DNA of 64,000 bases from Lobosporangium transversale (lineage: Eukaryota). Under the pieces are notes generated by a model. It was not told the origin of the DNA and ran no database searches. It saw only the letters and a list, made by a program, of their open reading frames with translations. The translations under genes were made by a program, and so were the position numbers. This document shows, piece after piece, positions 10,538 through 23,400 of this stretch. The stretch spans positions 558,001 to 622,000 of the forward strand of contig NW_019028994.1 of NCBI RefSeq assembly GCF_002105155.1. Reading direction: 5' to 3'. The first letter of the stretch is position 1. Every line of letters begins with the position of its first letter.

Positions 10538-11204
10538 AATCTGTTTCTAGCTCTGCTGATATAAAAAAAAAAATAAAGAAAGAAGGCGTGAGACTGAGGC
10601 CATAGAGGGTCGGCGTACGGCTCTAAGCAAATGGGATACATAATGGGTCCTTTGCTCAGAAGCACTCCTACTCTCTTAGAGGGTGTTGGTATTGCTTTTT
10701 ATTGAATCCATCTTTTTTTTTTTTTCTAAAGGGGTTACGGGGACAAGAGACAGGAACGCCGAGAAAGTAAATGAGTGAGTGGGAAGGAGAGCTTACTCGG
10801 CTTAGAAGGGTTTGGAAAGGTGTTGGGTGAAGCAATAAAGAAGGAAGAAAAGGAATGCATGAATGCATGAGACATATTTTTTTTTTTTCCCAGTATAGCC
10901 TGGGAGGTATTTGCAGAGGTTACAAGCAGGATTACAATTGGTGCAAAAACACAGTCACATATATACTTATTGAATACAAATTTTGTAATTTAAATTTTTA
11001 AGATTTCATTTTGTAATCCGATTACAGCAAACTACCGTTTCAGTACAGTACAGTACAGGTCACTGCTTTCAGCACGTACATGTGCACGTGAACTTCGTCC
11101 TCAGGCTGGGTGACGAGCTTTTGAACAAGTGTGGATTGCTTCCGTTACCCACAGCCAAATTTGGGCATGTCCATTTTGTTTTCTACAGACTTTGAGGAAC
11201 CATC

Positions 11205-11983
11205 ATGGCAGACTCATTTGCTCAGGACACTGGAAACAATGCGACATCAACAACTAATCCTGGCGCTACTACCATTGTCGGCGGCGCATCAACTGCATTA
11301 GGTACTGGTGTCAAGAAACCAGCCGCTACTTTGGGACGACCACCTGGTTCAACAAATGAACCTCGAAACAAGAGGAAGAAATACGTCTTTGGAAAAGAAT
11401 GTAAAAAAATCATTTTATACTCTGTTCCTAGACAAGTGCAACAATCAATAAGCAATGCAAAAAAAAAAAAAAAAAAAAAAAAAAGAAAAAAAGAAAAGGT
11501 GCTAAATCTTGACTACCTCTTTTTTTTTTTTTTATTTTTTTTTTATACACATATACATCTGATCTTGTCTAGTGAAGCAACTCATGTACGGATTTGGAGA
11601 TGTACCTAACCCAGCGAATGATGCTGTAGGCGTCTTGGAGGATATGTTGATTGAGTACTTGACTGACACTGTAAGGAAGATTATTGAAGTTGCAGGCAAT
11701 AATAATTGATCAAGAGCACATCAATGTCAACTGACAGATGAAAGGATTTTTTTTTTTTTTTTTCTTTTGAACAATTTAGTGCACGCAGGCTGCAGCTGTG
11801 GCAGATAAGCGCGGAAAAGTAAATGTCGAAGACTTTAAATTTGTATTGCGCAAAGATTCTAAAAAACGAGCTCGTGTAGACGAACTGTTGTACATGAACG
11901 AGGATATTCGACGTGCTAAAAAGATTGCAGACATTCCAGAGTTGGACGGCACCAAAGGAGGTGCCAAGGATGCCCCAATCTAA
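11205..11983 (+). CDS. TAF13: TFIID subunit 13 (histone-fold), 3 exons, ~165 aa
   Basis: Exons 11205-11400, 11573-11670, 11780-11983 give FGKELKQLMYGFGDVPNP...VGVLEDMLIEYLTDTC...RGKVNVEDFKFVLRKDSKKRARVDELLYMNEDIRRAKK, the characteristic TAF13 signature. Confidence 0.93.
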
Positions 11984-12410
11984 AAAGAAAAAGAAAAAGA
12001 AAAAAAAAAAAAAAAAAAAAAAGCGCTGTCCTCCAACCTACCCCATACAAACATGTATTATATATAACTTTTTTTTTTTTTTTTTTTTTTTTTTCTTTTT
12101 TAGCTTAGAATTATTTGTACTTTTATTACCTCGTTCTTCTTTTATACATCAACAATATTTTGTTCCTCATAATCAATGACATGAAGAATAGATCAGGTGG
12201 TCACCCAAGCAAAGGTTCATGTTTATGTAATGTAATGAGCTCGTTCACTTTTATTCTGACATTTTAGAATGAATAATAATAAAAGTTGATCAGTATATAA
12301 ATAAGTATTCAAACCCAAAGCCATATTAACTTTATATATACTTTTGAGTGAAAGAGGTCTCATTGTCCAAAAGTCAAGTTTGTGAGATGCCAAATTTTGT
12401 TACAACGCTG

Positions 12411-12473
12411 TAGGTCGACCAAAGACTACCGGTTTAAATACAGTGTGTGTAGCGAATGTAATTATGCACATAT
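12411..12473. repeat. Dispersed short repeat; paralog of the sequence into which the Tc1 element inserted
   Basis: aggtcgaccaaagactaccggtttaaatacagtgtgtgtagcgaatgtaattatgcacata aligns with 56464-56522 plus 57856-57859. Confidence 0.7.
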
Positions 12474-13910
12474 CATTTCATGCAGATCTCGCGATTAAAG
12501 GAATCGATAAGCAGTACTGAGATTAAAGAATAAAACAAAGGAGATATTTGATTAATCATCATAAAAAGAGAGAGTGCTGGTATATATATATATACGTCCT
12601 CTGCACGGGCAAAAAGGATACCGTTGGTATATATACATTATGGTTGGTAATGTAGCACAGACATTAACCACTGCTTCTTTCTTGCTTAATGCTTTTTGTG
12701 GTATACAATACTCCTAGATATGCGCCTCAATATAAAGCTTTGAAAAAAAAAAAAAAAAAAAAAAAGCTTATTGAAAAGAGTATGCTTCACATCTGGAGAG
12801 AGAGAGAGAAAGAGAAAGAGAGAGAGAACAGTAAAAGATTATTTGTCAGGGGGCATCATTTGATAACGGATGCAAATGAATGACATTCTTTACATGTTCC
12901 AAGTACATGTTCATGAATGTTATGCAAATGTACATGCATTCGCCCTCATCGATCACACAAGGCAAACGGTGGGGTCATTTATTTAAAGTATAAAATCCGA
13001 TCATCTTCCCAGGATCACGACATCATCTACTGTACATGGACATGTACGATCTATTCAAGAAAAAAGAGACTTTTGGCTTTGGAAACAAGGCATTTTTGGC
13101 TCAACGCTCAACCAACGAGGGTTGTACAACGGGGGAAACAGATGGTCTTTAGAAAGAATTCTCTTGGTTCGAATGAAGCCATTATATATATATATATATA
13201 TATGTAAACACATAACAAAAGCTTTTTTTTGTGTTTTAAACATTAGGGATAGACCATGTGCTACACTTTTTACTTTCTCCACTTTTCTTTACACATGTGC
13301 ATGGATGCATTAAGCTCTCTCTCTCTGATTCTTCAAAAGTTCCACTACTAAAGACAAGTGTGGCAAAAAAAAAAAAAAAAAAAAAAAACATCTGCAATTA
13401 AACAGAGCAAATCGCTTTTTTTTTTCTCCTCTTTTTTTTTTTTTTTTTAATAATAATGACAAAAACAAAAAAAAAAAAAAAAAAAAAAAAGATGAATGGA
13501 GGCAAATAGAAAGAAAGAAAGAAAAGAAAAGAAAAAGGTCTCTTTGTTGTTATACTACTACTAATAGATAAAGAGATAAAAAGATAAAGATAAAAAAATA
13601 AAAATAAAAAACGAGATCGGTAGGCTTTCCTTGACAAGAAAAGGCATAGGAAGGGGAGAGAGAAAGAGGAGGGGTAACTGTTTTGTCTCTTTGTCCATCG
13701 GAAATGGGAAAAAGAGTAAAAGAAAAAGAAAAGAAAAAGGAAAATCGAAGAGGCTCCTTGGTATTATAGACGCGGACTAAATTTTTTTTTTTTTTTAGAC
13801 ATGCCAATGCTATTATGTTTTAGCTGTTTGTTTGCTTGTTGGTTGAATGTCGTCTTTGTCTGTTTGATTTGCCTCCTCTTCCTCCTTTCATTTTTTTTTT
13901 CTTTTCTTTT

Positions 13911-16091
13911 CTAACCACAAAAGACCTTGGCTTTGCCAACAACTACGCCATTGGTGTCGATAAAGCAGGGCATGACGCACACCTTGACCTTGCCTCCTTC
14001 CTTGCTCTTGTGAGCTGGAACCATCTTTTCTGGATCAAATTCGCTCTCACTCGGAATCACCTGTGCCATAATCTCCGCATTCTGGCTCCTCATTGTCAAA
14101 CTGAGCTCGATCGCCTTTGTTACCAAATCAAGTACCTATGAACGCAATTTAAAAAAAATAAAAAATAAAAAAAAAAAAAAAGTGGAGCAATCAATATCCA
14201 ATGCATAAAACTATAAACATGGGCGTTTTTTTTTTTTTTTTTTCTTCTCTCTCTCTTAATAGAAGAAAGAAAGAAAGAAAGAAAAAGAAAGAAAGAAAAA
14301 AAGAAAAAGAAAGAAAGTAAGAAAGAAAAAAAGAAAAAGAAAGAAAGAAAGAAATACCTTCTGCTGTCCTGTCCAGTTATTATATAAGCGCTCCAACTTT
14401 GTCTCGAATCCTCTAGCAATCCGTTTGGCCTCTTCAGCAGCATGTGCCTGTGCTACAGGTGCTTTTGCAGACATGAAGCAAAGTTGTTGACGGAACCGAA
14501 CGGCCTGATCTGTAAAGTTGTTCTCGACCATCCATTTATGAATTGCTGCATATTCCTTTGCGAGGGTAAAGCCGACGTAGAAGGGTCCGTGAAAGACTTC
14601 TTCCAATAATGTGTCCATGATGTACTTTTCCAAAAACATGTTGAGGATATAAGGTTGGGTGTTTCCAAACTTGTACTTCTTCTTCACTAATTGTTGAGCC
14701 TGCTCCATATTCAGGTTCACAGCCCGATCACCCGAAGAGGATTTTGTCAATTGGAGGATTGCGGCCTGGAGCATCCGAACACGTTGTTCGATCGTCGAAT
14801 GATCATCATCGGTCGCTCGAATCTGTCGGACATCATTTAGGTATTTGGATCGGAGATCATCCATTTCCTTGTCCCGTTTATGAACCAGTTCTTGAAGCTT
14901 CAATCGATCCTGTGTCACCTGAGTGAGGGACTGATGCAATTCTCGGTTCTCTTGTGACTTTTGAGTCAACGTTGTCCTCAATTGATTGACTTTGGCTTGA
15001 GATGATTCTTGTGATTTCTTCCAGCTCAGGATCTCGTCTTGTAACTTTCGGATATCGGTCGAAAGTTCTGTGGATGAACCGTTGTTCATGTTGATAGAGA
15101 GATTACCGCTGTTATTATTGCTGCCACTGCCGCTATTATTATTCCCATCCATATTAGTATTAAGATTTCCTGAAAGTTGAAGGGAACCACTTGTTAATGG
15201 TCCACTATTGTTTTCATATACTGTATTTCCTTGCTGCTGCTGCTGCTGCTGCTGTTGCTGTTGTTGTTGTTGCTGTTGCTGTTGCTGTTGCTGGTGATGA
15301 TATACATCTAATTGACCATTGCTCTCATTATTATTACCATTGTTGATATTATGCTGATGTTGTTGTTGATGTTGCTGATACTGTTGTTGAAGTTGATGAT
15401 GAGCAAGGAGTTGGTCATCAGGTACACCGCCAGCATAGCCACTGTCATAACCCTCCATTCCCATGACATTGACATTATTATTAGGTTGGTCTTGGTATGA
15501 TGGGTATTGAAGTGCTTGAGACTGTAACATTGATTCATTAGTGTATGAGCCTGATGGCATGCCCTGCATCATTGGCTGTTGCTGCATCTGTTGTTGTTGT
15601 TGTTGAAGTGGGATCTGTTGGGGTTGTGATTGTTGTTGTTGTAAAGACGCGTTAAGAGCAATTGATTCAGGATCACCCAACTGTTGCTGTTGTTGCTGTT
15701 GTTGTTGCTGTTGCTGTTGCTGTTGCTGTTGGAGTGGTGGTGAATGTTGCTGTAATGGTGGTTGCTGTTGCTGGAAAAACTGCGGTTGTTGTTGCTGTTG
15801 TTGCTGATAAAACTGTTGTTGTTGTTGTTGTTGTTGCTGACCTGGTTGTTGTTGACCCGGTACTTGGAGAGGACCCTGATTAGCTGAAAGATTAGGAGCG
15901 ACTGCAGAATTGGTCCGAGGAGGAATGGTGATACTACCGTTAACAGAGGATTGACGTTGGGCACGATATTGTTGAGAAGAACCAGAAGGAGGTGGGGTAT
16001 TGGTAGTTATGTTTGTGGCAGGAGTAGAACCAGGCGCAGCCGGGTGAGGATGGGTATCGTCCTGCTTCTTTTTGGACCTGAAAAAATTCAT
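13911..16091 (-). CDS. Q/N-rich, coiled-coil hypothetical protein with conserved C-terminal domain ending KAKVFC; 2 exons, ~652 aa
   Basis: Exons 16091-14358 and 14135-13911 (GT-AG, phase 0). PolyQ N-terminus and heptad region. The C-terminus FDPEKM...VKVCVMPCF...VVGKAKVFC resembles MIEAP/GIL1-type C-terminal domains (tentative). Confidence 0.8.
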
Positions 16092-18408
16092 TTGCCTGTA
16101 GGGTTGTTTTTATATTAAACGAACGGAAGGAAAGAAAAAGGGGAGATGGGGAGATGGATGGAGGAGGAAAGGTAAGTGAAGGAAGGGGCAGAAGGAGGCA
16201 AGAAAATAAGAAAAAAAAAAAAAAAAAAAAAAAAAAAAGGAAATTAGGAAAGAGGCGAGCAAAAAGAAAGAGAAAAAGAGATTATGACCTGAACACAAAC
16301 AAAGTAAACGAAAATAGATAAAGACAGAGAGAGAGAAGAAAGGCAAGCGGAAGAAGAGAAAGAGAGCTGAATGGTGAATGGGCTGAAGAAAAAAAAAAAA
16401 CAAAAAAACAAGAACAAACAACAAACAAGAAAAGAAAAAAAGAGGGCTGGGCTGTACGATTGTTAAAATGTAATAAAAAATAAAATAAAATTTCTACCAA
16501 TGTTTGTAATCTTTGTGTGATCAAGGGTAGAAAAATAAAATATAAAGAGGCGACAATTGATAAAAATAAACATGTAATACAAAGGAAAAGAAAGGAAAGA
16601 AGAAGATAGAAAAGAAAAGAAGAAGAAAGGAAGCTCAATTGAAGGAATGATGAAACGGAAGAGAAGGGGAGCGATGTAATGTAAATACAATATGCAGATA
16701 TGTTATATGATACCGTTGATAATGTAATGCTCTGAATGTTCTGAATGCTATACTCATGAATGCCATGGACGGTATCACAACAGGTACACATGCATACCTT
16801 CCATACACACACATACACAGTCTAATATCAGAGCAAGAACAAGGTAAAGGTAAAGGTAAAGGTAAAGGTGATGAGCAATAACAAATATTAATTAAACCTG
16901 AATGGAATCATGAACGCAATGTATACATGTGATGCTTAAAAAAAAAAACACAGCTGAAGATTGTCGCGTTTTAACAATGACAGGGAATGATGAAGGATGA
17001 GTCTCAATCGATTGAATGAGCAATAATAACAATAAGGATGTGAGAAGTGAGCGAGAGCCGATGTTATAGACTAAGAGGGTATTAGACCAAGTAGATTGAA
17101 AGATTAGACTAGATAGCAGAGGACCTTTACGATCAATTCCCTTATTCCTTTATTCCTTGTTCCTTGTTCCTTGTTCCTTTCTCCTTCCTAGTCCCCTTAA
17201 ATCCACAGTTCAATCATGGACCCATCGCATAGAACATGACTATGCTTGCATTAAGAATTGTCAGCACAGAGGTGTGTCTAAAACTTATAAATGTATTTGA
17301 TGAATCTATCTCATCATTAGAACGCCATTCCATGGACGTTATTTTATTTGCATCAACCTCCTTTGTGTAATGCATCCTCACATTGCAATGCAACAGATAA
17401 CAAATATAAATGTATCATTGATAATATTTATATCTGTATATAAATATACCCATGAATGCAGAACATGAACAAAAATATGCATCCTTTTCCGTCAATGCTT
17501 TCAACAGATTTTAGAAACGAACCACATGCCATGTCATATGGGCAACGGACATGTCGACCCTTTCTTTCCCTTTCTTTTTCTTTTTTCTTTTTTCACGCGT
17601 CTTTAATCGTCATCGTCATCGAACAGCCACCACAAGTTTAAAAAAAGAGACCCTGCAGGACATGTCAATGATTAAGTAAAAAAAAAGCTGGCGATGACGG
17701 TTTTATCCCCATGATCGATTTACTGCCTGTTTACGTATGCGCCAAAAAGTAAAAAAACAAATAGCACCGCCACACTTTATTTTTGTCTCTTTTGAGTCTT
17801 TTCTATTGGGTGCACGTGCTACATCATTTATTCAAATAAAGAGGGTCTACCAGCATAGAGCATAAAAATGCCTTTCTACATAATTATCCTAGAAGTTCTT
17901 CAAGTTCAAACCCATTGGTGCTCTTTCTACTTTTGCCCACTTTTATACCTTGTTGTTTTATGCAATCTGTCTTGCTTTCTACCTTATTCTTATGCTCACC
18001 TCTCATACATATCCGCAGAAAATGAGTCAGACTGATTAAAATTCCTTCTTTTTTAGGCAATTGGCTGCCGCAGTCAAATGCAATAGACGCCTCTCTCCTT
18101 CTACTTCGCCTCGTTGTACAAAAAAAAAAAAAAAAAAAGCCCTGTGGGTCCAGTCCGACTACATGTCTCACTTACTCAATTGCATTGGGCAAAGCAACAC
18201 ATGTCCTCCAACTTCTATATAAACCCATTGACTTTTCTCCTCATATTCAACATCTAGCTTATCTGACATACAACTTTCTTTTTTTTAAAAAAATAAAATA
18301 AAAACAAGGACAAGAAATCCTACTTTCCTTCAATCCAACTTCCTCTTCCTTCACACAGATACTTTTAAAAAAGAACAACAACAACAACAACAACAACAAT
18401 AACAAGCC

Positions 18409-20101
18409 ATGGCTGTATCTTCTACTAACGCTTTCCCTCGGTCGATCTCAAGCAAAGGCAACATGAACTCTCCTTCATTCACCAGCCTAGCCTCTGCCAT
18501 TGGCCCCAATACGACCCTATTCTCGGCTCTCACTTCCCTTTATCAAGCCGAGACCATGTCGTCTTCTTCCTCATCAAAGGTTTCACCCGTTTTATCGTCG
18601 TCATCATCCTCAACAACAGGAACCGTCGCCTCTGCCGCTGCCGCTGCTGCTTCGTCGGCTTCCATGTCTAATAACATTACCACTACCGCTGTTGCAACAG
18701 CTGCTGAGAATCCAGTATGCACTTCAGGATACAGATCCAAGCGCTTACAGGATCAGTCCTCTACAAATATCTCCCACAATGTCATCCTTAATTATGGCTC
18801 TGGGGACCGTGGAGCATTCATTGCTTCATTTGCCTCCATCTCCTCCTCTGCCCTCTCCACCTTCAGCCCATACAGCCTTCCTCAGCAGCGACCCCCAAAG
18901 TCGAAGGAACGTGGTCATGGCAAGGGATTCGAAACAACTCAGTCGTGCTCCGTCCCCTACTATGAAAAGCAGCACCAGCAGCAGCTTCAGCAGCAGCTTC
19001 AGCAGCACTCATCGTGCAAAGAGCGAGTTAGTGGGTTGGACAGAGTCGTCATGGCGTGCGCCATCATCTGGTAGAAAGTTTCGGTCGTCGTCACGAAAGA
19101 ATTATTCTTCTTATAATTGCACGAACGTGTACCCACATGTTGAATCAACTATAGACTTGAATTATCAGTTCCAGTACCAGAAAGGTTATCATAATAATGA
19201 GGGCGTGAATTCCGATGGAGTTGAGGATGATAATGAGGATGGCAGTGAGGATGAGGATGAGGATAGAGACATGATGTTCATGGGGAGGATGTGTGTCGAT
19301 ACGCTCTACCAAACTGACTCGGCCACTTCAGAGACCGATAGCGACGATAGTGTTTGCGACTCTGATAGCGACGATCCCTCATCCTCATCGTCATCAACAT
19401 CAACAACAATGATTGAGATGATGATGGATGATGAGCAGCTCTTGGTTGAGTTTGGAAGGAGGCCCCGAGTCTTTGACGATACCGAGACCATGGCGTTCTA
19501 TATATCGCCCTTGGCGATCACACAGCTCTCAGTCGGACTATGGACCCGCTCCCGGCCTGCATGTGTGATCATCAACACCAGCATCCCACGACAGGTTCGA
19601 TTTGATGATATGGATTGGTCCACTGATGCATTAAGGATGTTAAACACTCCCAATGCTGGTGGTAGTTCCTTATTGTCCGAGGTCTTATCAATCGAGATGT
19701 TGAATCGGTGTTTAGGTGCGACCCTTGCGAAGACTGAGATGGAGATCCGGTATCTCTTTGCGTACCAACCGATTACAGATTACACGATCACATTGCCGAA
19801 CCTATCTCCTCGAATGCATGTGGGTGTCTCAGTGACGCGTGCATTCGCATTCAAGGGTGCATATAAAAGAGCGGATTGTCGTAAACTTCTGTGGAAGAAA
19901 TTGACAGGGATCTTGGCCTCGACTAGGAATGTGATCGGAGAGCGATTCTTCAAACAGATCTTGCATGTCTGGGTCCCAAATGGTAAAGTCGCAAGGACAG
20001 TCCAGGCAACGTACAGGAGCTTACCAATAGAGGTCACCCGAAACACCGTAGTCATCATCTCTGTCGTCAATGCCAGATGGGTATTCAGCAACCGTCGCTG
20101 A
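18409..20101 (+). CDS. AAC4-like protein (Dictyostelium AAC-rich mRNA clone 4 family; PD-(D/E)xK-like C-terminal domain); N-terminal structure uncertain
   Basis: C-terminal motifs NAGGSSLLSEVLSIEML, KTEMEIRY, ITDY, VGVSVTRA, LLWKKLTGILASTRNV, KQILHVW. The first ATG (18409, GCCATGG) is in a different frame from the domain. TATA ctatataaa at ~18215. Confidence 0.75.
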
Positions 20102-20405
20102 GGCGGGTCTTCTAAGGCCCAGTATATTGTATATATCTATATTTCCTATGTATTAAAACCGAAAGAGTGAAACAGTGGCTGCCACAACTGACCGCCTTGT
20201 CTCTTTTTCGATAAAAAGAAAAGGTGTTTCTGTAGTTTCTGTGTAGTTTCTGTGTAGTTTGTTATAATATAATTTCCAGTTTGTACTACAGTTACAGCGG
20301 TTGATATTAAAAAAAGCTGTATATGAAGAAAGGATTGAAGCCATGCCATGTCTCAAATATCTTCAAGATATCTCTAGTTCTCAAAACTATTTCCTCTGTC
20401 ACTAC

Positions 20406-23400
20406 ACTGGTCAAAAGGATAAACTAGAATTATTCCCTTTGGTTTGTGTCTACATCGTGTTCAGGCTCATTGATAAAATGGAGTGAACTTGTCTTGCTAT
20501 TGACTTCAAAACTACTGATAGTTAGTTGATGAGGTGTGAGAGGTGCTTGATAAGAGATTAGTATGAATTGCATGTACCCGAGGTGCACATCACTTGACAC
20601 TAGGAAACCGTCTCCTGGACGAGAAAGGGCAAAGCTCCAATACTTTTTGTTATCCAAAACGATTGAAAGATCTCAACCAAAGCGGTGTCTTCTTTTTTTA
20701 CGACAAAGAGGAAGAGTTATTGCTTTGATGGCACTCAATGTTTGATGCAATTGCTTGTAGAGCGTTTGTCCTTGATCGTGAGTATTGCTCGTGTACAGAC
20801 GCAAGACGAGTATTTTCGCAGTTCTCAACAATGAGAGTACAGATATTGAGTTCTCAGTGATATTTCCGTAGATTAAGAGCACATAGCACATCACTCAGAT
20901 CAATTAGGTGCATATGGACAAGACACACATCTGCACGAAAGAACTGAAGATAAAAGCGCGTTTGTCGTGCCATGCTGGTCAAGTAAAAGACGAGTGTATA
21001 TTATTCTCTTTTTAAGGTAATTAACCACCAAATAGCTCTGCACTCTATTCCTTATTCTCAATAGCACGCTGTTTATTGCTTCCCTTAGCCGCGAGGTCTA
21101 CATGAAATAACATGTGCAAGTCTACATTCACTGCACATGCTGTATTGGAATCGGTAGTCATTGATCGATTGACTTGCTGCTGTCACTGTTGTCTGTAGTG
21201 CTCCCCCTCTCAATTTCTCTGTCCCCAGGGATGTCTCTACTGATAGGACTTGATGATCATCAGCTTGACTTGAGGCTGCTTTGGACTTGTCTGCCATTGA
21301 TGATGCTGTCACAATCTGTTCAGATGCCTCACATACGACCAACGGATGGGATTGCTCTCTTATTGCTCCTCGTTGCATCAGAAGCTCTCTGTTGACTGCA
21401 CTCAACCCAACTACACCTTGAATACACATGTCGCTAGCATTGAGAGCTGTCTGTTTAGTGCACCATTTAAGGCGATACTGATATTGATCGCCTTCTTTCG
21501 CAATCTGCCACATCCGAATTGAGCCATCCTCAGATCCTGTGGCTAGAAAGCAGCCCCCTTCAAAGGTATTCCATACAAGTGTGCCAACAGACCCACCTTC
21601 AGATGGGATTATAACTAAACACTCGCCTGTCTCTGCATCCCACATTCGCGCTGTCCTATCATGGCTGCTTGAGGCAATGTACTTCCCATTAGACGAATAA
21701 GCCATCTCTGTGATCCCCTTGGTGTGCCCTTTAAGCGTACACAAAACAGCTCCCGTTTCCATACCCACCACATTAATTTGTCCATCCTCACACGCATCAG
21801 CCATCCGTTGACTACATGGTGAAAATGCTCCTATTCTTGTATAGTAGCCAGGCATTGTATAACAAAGCTCACCCGTTTCTGCGTTCCGTACTTGCATCCC
21901 TTGAGAGTTATAATGGCGATAAACCAGTATTTTTTGACCATCAGCTGTGTATTGGATAGAGTTGTAGATCGCTTCTGTATTCTCTACTTCATAACAAAGG
22001 TCACCTGAATGAACTTTCCAGACTCTAAGAGCGCCAACCATATCATATGAAGCAAGATGGTGGCCATCAGGTGAAAATACTACACACTCTACAACTCTAT
22101 TGTTGCCCTTTAGAGTGTAAATGGGCTCTCCTGTTTGTGTGTTCCATATTGTCACATCCCCATTGGAATAACCACAGGCAATTTGATGGTCAACAACAGG
22201 CGAGAAATCAAAGGTATAGATCTCATCGTCTTGCCTGTCCTGCAGCTCCAAGGTATGGACGACTTGGCCTGTTCGAGCATCCCAAAGGCAAACACGTGAA
22301 TAACGATGGCGAGAAGCTATTAAGTGACCATCGGGTGAATACTTGATATTGCGCGTGGCTCCATCAAGGCTTTGTGAAATATGGATGGACTGTCCTGTGC
22401 TTGCATCCCACATACGCACTGTTTCATCACCACTGCACGAAGCTATCTGCAGCCCATCCGGCGAGCTCCTAACACCATAGACCTGCGCTGAATGGCCATG
22501 TGACTCATGATTAGATTGCTGTGATCGAGTATCCCAAAGGCGTATTGTTTTATCATGGCTGAAAGATGCAAGTTGATGGTCGTTTGGTGAGTATGCAACA
22601 CATCTTATATGGTCATGGTGGCCATAAAAGGTATTTATGGACTGTCCCGATTTCGTGTCCCAAAGCTGTACTGTGTTGTCATTACTGCAAGTAGCTATCT
22701 GTTCTCCATTTGGCGAGTATTTTAGGTCTATGATACGATCGGGATGCGTAAGAGTATGCATGCACTTTCCTGTTTGCACATTCCATTGGTATACCGTACT
22801 CTCGGCAAATGAAGCAGCGAGCTTTCCACTAGGAGAATACTGAATGCCATCGACTAATCCGTCATACCCCAACTCGTACTTCTTTTGACCAAGTCCAACA
22901 TCCCACACATGCAGATAAACACTAAGGAAATAGCGAGATATAATTTCCTGGCCACTAGGTGAATACAGAATTAGGTCAATTCTATCCCTACCGTCCAACC
23001 GCATCAGCTGCTGCCCCGATATCGCATCCCACAACCGTACTGTCTTGTCAAAGCTGCCGCTTGCAATCTGGAGTCCATCAGGAGAGTATGCCACGCTGGT
23101 CACCTTGTCTGTATGGCCCTCTAGCTTGTATTTGAGTACCCCTGCTTGGGTGTCCCACACTCGCACTAACTCATCTGTGCTAGCTGAAGCAAGATGATTC
23201 CCGCTTGGTGAGTATACTGCACATATTACTTGCTCCTTATGTTCCTCCAATCGGTGAACCAATGTTCCTGAGTTTGTATCCCAAATTGAAACTGCAGTTT
23301 GGGAAGCGCCCCAGATGGCAATATATCGACTGTCTGGCGAGTATATAAACCTCACGAAAGCCCAATTGCTCTCCAGAGTCGAAAGCATCCCCCATGTTGA

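Larger units (their letters stand above)
5632..11066 (-). mobile_element. Crypton (tyrosine-recombinase DNA transposon), 5435 bp, 16-bp inverted termini, flanked by 6-bp direct repeat TTTCAG
   Basis: Left end gcagtgacctgtactg (5632-5647) and right end cagtacaggtcactgc (11051-11066). tttcag occurs at 5626-5631 and 11067-11072. Removing the insert restores colinearity with the uninterrupted MITE copy (gcctttcggcgcgtgcatgtg, ~385-405). Confidence 0.88.
5161..11118. mobile_element. Foldback MITE-like element, copy 2, interrupted by the Crypton (own sequence 5161-5631 and 11067-11118)
   Basis: ~40-bp terminal inverted repeats: gctcgtcaccagcctgaggacgaagttcatgtgcacatg (5161-5199) and catgtgcacgtgaacttcgtcctcaggctgggtgacgagc (11079-11118). 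Body is homologous to 13-427. Confidence 0.8.

Noticed and set aside
14256..14357. Hydrophobic F/L-rich C-terminal extension (apparent transmembrane tail) of the 611-aa ORF
   Set aside because: Read-through into a pyrimidine-rich intron; the real exon ends at 14358.
18715..18727. 13-nt GT-AG micro-intron joining the two AAC4-like frames
   Set aside because: Too short for normal fungal spliceosomal splicing and has no branch point; probably coincidental.
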